The position numbers were made by a program, and so were the translations under genes. The notes under the pieces are model-generated. The model worked only from the letters and a program-made list of their open reading frames with translations. It made no database searches and was not told where the DNA came from. DNA of 63,191 nt, filler included, from Welwitschia mirabilis (lineage: Eukaryota), in assembly GCA_051453625.1 (NCBI GenBank). It is 5 parts of one record of this genome, joined end to end, with 100 filler letters (N's around TTAATTAATTAA, not from the genome) between each part and the next. Parts side by side here need not be neighbours in the genome. Positions count along the whole stretch, not along the records: positions 53,749 to 61,594 come from JBOZIK010000001.1; positions 61,695 to 63,191 come from JBOZIK010000001.1; 3 more parts are not named here. The stretch is one strand, 5' to 3'. Position 1 is the first letter of the stretch. Each line of letters opens with the position of its first letter. Positions 53,749 to 63,191 of the stretch are shown here, in pieces.

Positions 53749-56340
53749 CTATATTATGTTTATTTGCCTGAAACTTCATTCTAGCTTGAGTAGCTTCTAA
53801 GTTCTCTTTAAGCAAATGAAGCATTTGGTCTCAATTCCTTAGTTCCATGTTAACCTGATCAACATTAGTAGAGCCTAGAATATAAGAAAGTACTATAGGT
53901 GATGGTTGGCCATAGAAAACCTCATAAGGAGTTATTTTTATTGAGTAATAAAAGGTGGTGTTGTACCACCATTTAGTTCATGGAATCCATTTAGTCCACG
54001 CCTTAGGTTTTTGANNNNNNNNNNNNNNNNNNNNNNNNNNNNNNNNNNNNNNNNNNNNNNNNNNNNNNNNNNNNNNNNNNNNNNNNNNNNNNNNNNNNNN
54101 NNNNNNNNNNNNNNTAGTCCACGCCTTAGGTTTTTGACTAGTAAAGCATTAAAGATACGTCTCAAGACAATGTTAACCACCTTAGTCTGGTTATTAGTTT
54201 GGGGATGATAAGATGAACTCATACATAGCTCAGTCCCCTATAAATGAAATAATTTTTACCAAAAGATGCTAATAAATACCTTATTTCTATCACTGATAAT
54301 GGAGTTAGGCATACCATGCAATTTAAATACATGCTCCATAAATAGTTGAGTGATCAAAGAAACAATAAAGGGATGAGCAACAGGAATGAAATGGACATAC
54401 TTAGAGAGTGGGTCAATTACTACCATTATGACATTCTTCCCATTAGAAAGTGGTAATCCCTTAATGAAGTCCATGGAAATATCAGTCCATACCCCTATGG
54501 ATTGAATAGAGGCTGGAGAAGGCTAGGAGGGGTAATAGGCTCATTCTTATTTCTTTGGTAAACATCACAGGCTACTACATGCTGCTTAATATCTTTCTTC
54601 ATATCCTTCTAGTAGAAAGTTTGGGATACCATTTTNNNNNNNNNNNNNNNNNNNNNNNNNNNNNNNNNNNNNNNNNNNNNNNNNNNNNNNNNNNNNNNNN
54701 NNNNNNNNNNNNNNNNNNNNNNNNNNNNNNNNNNNNNNNNNNNNNNNNNNNNNNNNNATTGTAAGTGTAGTAAGGCGAGCTATTAGATTTCTCTTAGAGT
54801 TGTTGAATGATAGCTTGTAGTACTTTATCACTTGTAGACCCCATTAGGTAGTGGATAAGAAATAGTCAATAACTCTCCTTCCATCTACCTAGAAAGGGCA
54901 TCATCTGCAAAATTTTCTGACCCTTTCTTATACTTAATCTTATAATCATAACCGATAAGCTTTTTGGTTTATTTTTGTTGTAACTCTGTGGATAAACTCT
55001 ACTCTTGTAGATACTTAAGACTATGATGGTCAGTGTAAATGATAAAGTGCTGTCTAATCAAATAGTGCTACTACTTATGTACAACATGTAAGACTGCCAT
55101 CATCTCCTTTTCATAGGTGGGAAGCCCTCAATATTTTATTGATAAAAATTTACTTATGAAGGTTAGAGGTCTCCCTTCCTGCATAAGAACCACTCCAATT
55201 CCTATACTGGAAGCATCACATTCAATCTCAAAGGTTTTAGAGAAATTAGATAAAGTCAAGACTGGAGTAGATGCCACCATTTTCTTTAAGAGATTAAAGG
55301 CTATCTCAACTTCTTCACTCTACACAAAGAAACCCTTTTTGAGTAGAGTAGTCAAGTGTNNNNNNNNNNNNNNNNNNNNNNNNNNNNNNNNNNNNNNNNN
55401 NNNNNNNNNNNNNNNNNNNNNNNNNNNNNNNNNNNNNNNNNNNNNNNNNNNNNNNNNNNAATCCTTTTTGAGTAGAGTAGTCAAGTGTACAAAAATCTTG
55501 TCATAGTTCTTCATAAATTTCCTATAATATCTTGTTAATCCTAAGAACTCTCTCAGAGCTCTGAGAGTCCTAGGAATGGGTCATTCTAGCATACATGACA
55601 CCTTCTATGGATCCATGATAATACCTTCTTGAGATATAATATGCCCTAGGTACTCAACTTGAACTTGTCCAAAAGAACACTTCAATCGTTTGAGAAATAA
55701 TTTATGATCACAAAGGGTTTTAAATATTACCTTTAAATGAGCAAGATGATCTTCCCATGATGAGCTATAGATTAAAATTTCATCAAAGAACACCACCAAA
55801 ACAAACTTTCACAAGTAAGGTCAAACCAACTATTCATGAGACTTTGAAAAGTGGATCGGGAATTAGTTAATCTAAAAGGCATAACCAAGAATTCATAGTA
55901 TCCTTTATGTGTTTAAAAAGCTATTTTTAGAATGTCTTCTTCATAAACACAAACTTGATGATAACCTAATCTGAGATCTAATTTGGAAAAATAAGTAGCT
56001 CCATGTAATTCATCTAATAGCTCATTGATTATGGGAATGGGAAATTTGTCCTTCACAGTAATGTTGTTCAATGCTCTGTAGTCAATGCACATTCACCATG
56101 ACCCATCTCTCTTGTGTACCAATAATATCGGAGAGGAGTAGGGACTATTACTTGGTCAGATGATATCACTCTTCAACATCTCCTTAGAATGACACTTAAT
56201 CTCTATTTTCTGAATATGGGGATATCGATATGATCGAATATTCGAAGGGTGGCTATCAAGAAGTAAGGGAATGTGATGGTCATGGAAACACTTAGGTGGA
56301 AGTTTGATAAAAGTGATAAAGACATTGTCAAAGCACTAGA
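53749..56340 (-). pseudogene. pol: Decayed gypsy pol (RT, RNase H, integrase)
   Basis: VFFDEILIYS, KCSFGQVQVEYLGHIIS, IECDASSIGIGVVLMQ, MDFIKGLPLS, HGMPNSIISDR and MSSSYHPQT. Confidence 0.92.
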
Positions 56341-59008
56341 GCAATTGTTGTAGGTCTATTAGCAATTCCTCTATTGTCTCACTTCCCTATAAGGAGTATA
56401 GAGCCATGCACATAGTAGTGTCTCCTTTGGCCATCATTTNNNNNNNNNNNNNNNNNNNNNNNNNNNNNNNNNNNNNNNNNNNNNNNNNNNNNNNNNNNNN
56501 NNNNNNNNNNNNNNNNNNNNNNNNNNNNNNNNNNNNNNNNNNNNNNNNNNNNNNNNNNNNNNNNNNNNNNNNNNNNNNNNNNNNNNNNNNNNNNNNNNNN
56601 NNNNNNNNNNNNNNNNNNNNNNNNNNNNNNNNNNNNNNNNNNNNNNNNNNNNNNNNNNNNNNNNNNNNNNNNNNNNNNNNNNNNNNNNNNNNNNNNNNNN
56701 NNNNNNNNNNNNNNNNNNNNNNNNNNNNNNNNNNNNNNNNNNNNNNNNNNNNNNNNNNNNNNNNNNNNNNNNNNNNNNNNNNNNNNNNNNNNNNNNNNNN
56801 NNNNNNNNNNNNNNNNNNNNNNNNNNNNNNNNNNNNNNNNNNNNNNNNNNNNNNNNNNNNNNNNNNNNNNNNNNNNNNNNNNNNNNNNNNNNNNNNNNNN
56901 NNNNNNNNNNNNNNNNNNNNNNNNNNNNNNNNNNNNNNNNNNNNNNNNNNNNNNNNNNNNNNNNNNNNNNNNNNNNNNNNNNNNNNNNNNNNNNNNNNNN
57001 NNNNNNNNNNNNNNNNNNNNNNNNNNNNNNNNNNNNNNNNNNNNNNNNNNNNNNNNNNNNNNNNNNNNNNNNNNNNNNNNNNNNNNNNNNNNNNNNNNNG
57101 TTACGGCATGATTCACCTTATTTTTCTTGCATAGTACAATTAAATACTCTTTCTTAAGCCTTGCTAATTCAATGGCTTGAGTCATAGTCTTGGGTTGGAA
57201 CATGCAGACTTCATGCTTTAACTCATCTTTTATCCCACTTATGAAATAATTCATAAAAAAATCTTCAGTCAGTCCTGATGTTCGATTAGCCAGTTGTTTA
57301 AAGCAAGGCTGGTATTCATGAATAGTGGAGGTTTATCGTAATTTTGTAAGTCCTCTAGTGTAGTCCTCATACATGTTTAGACAAAAGTGTGTGCATAATC
57401 CTTCCATAAATTCCTTCCATGAGATAACACCTTGATATTTTTCTAGCTATTGATACCATTAAAGTCCCTCCTTCTCAAGATGGAGTGAAGCCAAAGGGAT
57501 CTTTTGTGGTTCTGGAGTAAGATTGAATTTGAAAAATTATTTAGCTCGGTAAATCCATCCATCAGGATCTTCCCCATTAAAACGTGGGAATTTGTTTGGT
57601 AGTTATAAAAAACATGGTTATCATCCATGGTAGAAGATTCTCCAGACTAGAATGTCAAATTACCCATTTGAAGACTCAATCTAGCAATCATTGATTTCAA
57701 GTCCTCAATGGCAATACTGGTGGTATTATTGGATAGCCTTATCTCTTTAATTTTTCACTCATGTCCTTCTAATATAGCCTTTACCTTATCGTCCATTTTA
57801 CCTTTGTATGCATGTCAACAGAGCCGTGGCTCTGATACCAAATGTTACGAACCCAATTATAACTAAGTAAACAAAGCATAAAAGTTGTAAATAGATGACC
57901 ACTTCGAGGGTGTCAAGCCTTCAATAATCACTTTGAGGATGATTGTCCTCCAAACATACAATGTCACTTTTATTTAATGATATCAAAGCATTACAATACC
58001 CACTTATTTATAGGACACAGGTCCTTTATANNNNNNNNNNNNNNNNNNNNNNNNNNNNNNNNNNNNNNNNNNNNNNNNNNNNNNNNNNNNNNNNNNNNNN
58101 NNNNNNNNNNNNNNNNNNNNNNNNNNNNNNTGTAAGTTTTCTAGTGTAGTCCTCATACATGTTTGGACAAAAGTGTTTGCATAATCCTTCCATGAGATAA
58201 CACCTTAATATTTTTCTAGCCATTGATACCATTAAAGTACCTCCTTCTCAAGATGAAATGAAGCCAAAGGGATCTTTTGTGGTTTTGGAGTAAGATTGAA
58301 TGTGAAAAATTGTTTACCTCGATAAATCCATCCATCAGAATCTTCCCCATTAAAATGTGGGAATTTCAAGCGTGTGATTGAAGGTTGAATGTTACCCCTA
58401 TTTCCTGTGTTATATCCAGGTCCTATTTGGTGGTTATAGGAAACATACTTATCACCCATGATAGAAGACTCTCCAAAATGAAATGTTAAATTACCCATTT
58501 GAAGACTCAATTTAGCAATCATTGATTTCAAGTCCTCAATGGAAATATTGGTGGTATTGTTGGATAACCTTATCTCTTGAATTTTTCACTCATGTCCTTC
58601 AAATATAGCCTTTACCTCATCATCCATTTTACCTTTTGTATGCGTGTTAATGGAGCCGTGGCTCTGATACCAAATGTTACGAACCCAATTGTATCTATGT
58701 AAATAAAGCATAAAAGTTGTAAATACATGATCACTTTAAGGGTGTCAAGCCTTCAATAATTACTTTGAAGGTGATTGTCCTCCAAACACACAATGTCACT
58801 TTTACTTGATGATATCAAAGCATTACAATACCCACTTATTTATAGTACACAGGTCCTCTATAATAAAACTCCTAATCAATGTGGAATTTTAGGGAAATAA
58901 CATAAAATAACAAACTATGAGGTAACTTAATAAATTATGGGGCTAGTAGTAGGAATTATATGAACACTATGATAATAAACTATAGGAATAAATTAGGGGG
59001 TTACAACA
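53749..59008 (-). mobile_element. Ty3/gypsy chromovirus (Reina-like), decayed, 3' end missing; 5' end assembled twice
   Basis: 5' LTR 58675-59008 (TGTTAC...ACAACA) with reverse PBS GCTCTGATACCA at 58661-58672. A second PBS and partial LTR lie at 57829-58030. gag reads FPHFNGEDSDGWIYR..QFF..ASFHLE. Confidence 0.88.
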
Positions 59009-61594
59009 CTCACATGATCAATCATCTGAATTAGGGTTTTAGCATTTGTGTTAGTTGTGCTAGTATTTTCTCCTCAGTTTTGCTTGCATACTTTGAAAGA
59101 ATCACATTAATTTGCTTATTAGGAGATGCCTTTTCATTTCTCTTTACTAAATTATCTTCAAACAGTTTCATGGATCTCATACTAGAAATGCACCAACTTT
59201 GTTTTGCTCGCACACATAGTATTTCTATAATGCCTTTAGGAGGAAGCTAGTAATGGCTTGCACAGACTCTATAACTTCTTATTCTATTCTCAAATATTAA
59301 AAATATGGTTTCTACTCTTTCTCAAGTCCTGGAATGCAATGTTTCTCTCCTAATATTTGGTTATGAATGTTTTTTGCTATGTGTTATATCAATCTGAAGG
59401 GCATTCATCCCTCTAGTAACTCGTTTACAAAAAGATGTTACTTTCTATCTATGACAGTTAATTTAAAATTTGGAATGATTAATAGGATACAACATTATTA
59501 ATGTTCTTTGCATGGTCAAAGCTTATTTTATCTAGAGTGGGATAACATCAGTTATTGCCATAACTTTTATAAAATATTTTGTTTTTCTGCAATTACTGTA
59601 AATAATTTTGAATGCAAAGAAGCTTATGATATTAATAAAAGCATAGTTTTTTACTATATGTTGATTGGTGAAGTAGCATTGGGTTTTTCAATCTTTACTC
59701 TCACTTTTTAAGGGGCAATTGAAGGCATGAAAGGTCCTGCATGCCACACACATGGTATAAGAAGAAATCTCATTAATAAAAAGAGGGGGGAATTTGTGTT
59801 CTAGGGAGAAGAACATTGTATTGTGGGAAAATTTAGACAAGAACATAAGAACAACCATGCCTTAGGGTTGAATTGATAAAACTTGAAGTTCTAGAACGCA
59901 GAAATGGTTTCCCCTTACTTCACTAAAGGTACTCTTGAAAGGTCTTTTCATGTTGTCTGCATTTCAAAATTTTAAACTTGCTAAACTAGTTAATGTAGAG
60001 ATAACTTAAAGGTGGCAAGAATTTTTTAGTTGAATCTTTACTACAAGCTAACGAGTGAAGAGGATTCTATTTCTAGATCAAGTAATTTCCTCCTTTTTTC
60101 CCCTTACTTTTAATTCTTTAAGTTGAATTATAAAGCTCTTAATGTATTTCTTATTACTACATAACCCTGTTTTAATATTTAAATTTAAGGCCTTGTTGCT
60201 GTGTAGTTGCCTTTCCCTTGATATTACAAGTTCATAAAGGACTAAGAATACCATAAAATGAGTTACCTTATTAGATAGTTCTAGAAATGTGTCTTCAAAA
60301 CCACTTTTGGAGTTGAGGCTTGCATAGTCAATTTCTCTACATAGACAGAAAATATCTATGAAAAGCCTAGGAAGTAAATGCAAAGCTCTTAGACCCTAAG
60401 ACCTAAAATAACTTCCTTGGAATGAGTGTTTCTTTTAGCTAGGCCTTAACTTTAGGGCTTAAAATAAGCTCTTAGTCCCAAAATTTTAAGATTATTTTAG
60501 GGTTTTAAAATTTGATTATATTGTTATATTAAAATAAAATGCCCTTCAATATTAATTGGAAGCACCACCACTTATGTCATATTATAATACATCCTTAATA
60601 TAGTTTGTATTTCAACAACTCTTTAATTGGGTAAATAATATAGAAATAAAATAAGAAGGTATCATTAAGCTATAATGATGTTAATATTGGTTATTGTGAT
60701 AAATTAATATGAGTGAATAGTATTGATCATAGCCTTGATTTAGTATTGAGGGTATTTTACATAAAGGAAATTTAACGCAAAGAAATTTGCATGTTGGGGG
60801 GTTAAGGAATCACATATTTAATTTGTTAAATACTTATAATTTATTCTCATTTTCTTTCTCCCTTGTTTACATAGCTAATGGAGTATCTAGAAGAGTATTG
60901 ATTAAGCTTAACATTGTCATTATATTTATTCTAATAAAATGCTTTATTTACTCTTATATACTTATAAGAATTAATTTATATTGAATTTTAGATACTGTCA
61001 AGTAATACATTGCATAGGTGGTAGTGTATACATTATCAAATTATTCTTAAATCTTTTCCTTATATTCATATAATGTATTCTCATAATTTATAGTAAATTA
61101 AGATTATTTTACTATATTATAGATGTTAGTATAGTGCAAGTCACTCTTTACTTCATTTAGTAATGACATCATGACTAGAAAGTTTGTTATCAGGTATAAA
61201 TGTTTTATCATAAGTTATGAATAGTTGATTTTTCTATGATGCTCGTTAAAATATTTAAGCATTTAATTAGCTTTCTTTATCTATTGAATTCTGTTATGCT
61301 AAATCTTGTTGACCTTAGTAATTGATCAATGGCATATAAAATATTTTCTTTTAATAAAATATATCATATATACACACATATATATACTAAATTCATTATG
61401 TTCTATTATAAAAGAAGTAGCTATGAGGTTCCTTGCTAAAATGATGTATGTGTTATTGTATGTATTTGATTATATATTGGCCATCACATGAGCTTATTAG
61501 AATGTTCATTCTATTGGGATTTTCCCTTTCATTAGCTTACATCAAGATTCAAAGGAGAAATGAGGGGTCTCGTGTGCTTGGTGATTGAGGTTAT

Positions 61595-61694
61595 NNNNNN
61601 NNNNNNNNNNNNNNNNNNNNNNNNNNNNNNNNNNNNNNTTAATTAATTAANNNNNNNNNNNNNNNNNNNNNNNNNNNNNNNNNNNNNNNNNNNN
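61595..61694. other. Assembly linker N44-TTAATTAATTAA-N44
   Basis: Same construct as 20801-20900. Confidence 0.95.
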
Positions 61695-62135
61695 GCAATC
61701 CAGTTTGAGAAACTCATGAAAAATGAGTTTGAAATGAGTCTAATGGGCGAGTTAAAATTCTTTCTTGGACTGCAAGTTAAACAGATGAAAGATGGAATTT
61801 TCATAAGTCAGACCAAATACATTCAAGAAATACTAGAAGAGTATGAAATGAATAATGTCAAAGATGCTAGAACCCCTTTGCCTACTAATGTTAGCATAGG
61901 GAAGGATGATACTGGTAAGAAGATTGATCAGAAAGTCCATCGAGGAATTATTGGTAGTCTATTGTATGTTACAGCAAGCAGACCAGATATAGCTCATAGT
62001 GTTGGAGTGTGTGCTCGTTATCAGGCTGATCCTAATGAATCTCATTTATCTTGTGCTAAATGAATTTTGAGATATTTGAAACATACTCATGGCCTTTGGT
62101 ATTCATTTGATACCTCCATGGAAGTAGCTGGTTAT
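61695..62135 (+). pseudogene. pol: Relatively young SIRE-like copia RT fragment, interrupted at the start of RNase H
   Basis: EFEMSLMGELKFFLGLQVKQ...SLLYVTASRPDIAHSVGVCARYQADP. One TGA where Arg is expected. Ends at EVAGY. Confidence 0.92.
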
Positions 62136-63191
62136 TGTTAGGATCGAAAAGCACCCTGGGGCGAGGGAATTTAAAATATTGCTAAGATCAAACACATTCA
62201 GAAATTGCACATATTAAATGATACAAAAGAATAGCAATAAAAGTAAAAATCAAGGCACCAGATTTATAGTGATTCGACAATCCTTGCCTACTCCACTCAT
62301 AGGGACAGCAACGTGCTTTCAGCCTCCTGGTTCCTTTATTCAACACCCAACACTTTGGGCAATACATTTCTCCAAAGGTCACAATCAGTCCCTTCTCTTG
62401 GGATGCACAGGCTTGCTTCAACAAGCCACTAGAAAGTATGAGATTAGAAAGCTCTGATGGTATAAGTGCCTTTAGCACAATGCATTAGCAAGTAAGGACA
62501 GAAAGCTCCTCGCACAAATGATCTCTTAGTGAAGTACAATTTGTGAATAGTTCTCAGAATATAGTTCAATACAATGTAGGAGCATTAGCCATTATAAGAG
62601 TCCTCTAATGGTTTTTATAGGTTGAGGTCTGATAGATAGCTGTTGGAGCCTCAAAGTTAAAGCCCTAGCCGTTTGAAGTCCAACCCTAGCCGTTTGAACT
62701 GCTGTCCTAGCCGTTGGAGTCACTGCCCTAGCCATTTGCATGTTGAATCGCGTCATTCTGGCCGCTGCAACGTTCATATTTTCTTTTAATGTCATCGAGT
62801 TGGACGTCCCACTTTTTTGGACCGGACGTCCCAGTTGTAATGCCTGATTTCTGTGTTTAACTGGGAAGAGTCTCGGACGTCTCAGTTTGAAAATCGGACG
62901 ATCCCATGCTTGGTCTTCGAAAGTGAGGGTGGACGTCCTTGTGACAGACGCGGACGTCCCCATATATTTCAACCGAGTTCAGGTTCGGACGTCTCGGTAG
63001 CAGCACGAACGTCCCCATACATTTGGCCGTGTACAGGGTTGGACGTCCCGACTGAAGGCTGCAGACGTCTTTGTACATTTGGCCGCGTACATGAATGGAC
63101 ATCCCGGTAAAAAGCTCGGACGTCCCGAAAGGCACAACTCAATGATTAAAATGTAGATACATGTTGCCAAATTGAAAATTGATCGACATTT
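62136..63191 (-). mobile_element. Young SIRE-like LTR nested in the RT fragment; runs off the window end
   Basis: Starts TGTTAGGATCG exactly where the RT-RH frame breaks. Reverse TATA (TTTTTATAGG, ~62613-62622), four ~21-bp CCTAGCCGTT units and about a dozen GGACGTCC-type palindromes. Confidence 0.75.

Noticed and set aside
56379-57254. Long ORFs of 291 and 242 aa, and other X-rich ORFs in the track
   Set aside because: They are open only because they run through N gaps.
62188-63170. Cluster of 60-126 aa ORFs on both strands
   Set aside because: They are chance ORFs in a GC-richer repetitive LTR and show no recognisable protein motifs.

Overview
Very AT-rich plant (angiosperm) heterochromatin from a gappy draft assembly. 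No intact protein-coding gene is present. The window is a stack of decayed and nested retroelements: (1) a Ty1/copia Bianca-type insertion (663-10470, an assembly mosaic of more than one copy) inside an old LINE; (2) a probable MULE remnant and a possible SINE; (3) a 1.5-kb non-autonomous LTR element; (4) several Sirevirus (SIRE)-type copia elements of different ages; (5) an Athila-type gypsy carrying a nested gag-only (TR-GAG-like) element; (6) a GC-richer island of host-gene fragments (clathrin light chain pseudogene in three diverged pieces, plus a PPR N-terminus); (7) a Reina-like chromovirus. The most interesting signal is in the Bianca copy. A predicted intron just after the gag ATG holds four consecutive long hairpins with unrelated stems but the same C-(CAAA-like)-G loop. 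In the same copy the protease active-site segment is missing exactly at a splice-like junction. Together these suggest retrotransposition of a partially spliced RNA. Lineage and protein-family calls come from motifs I recall, not from database searches.
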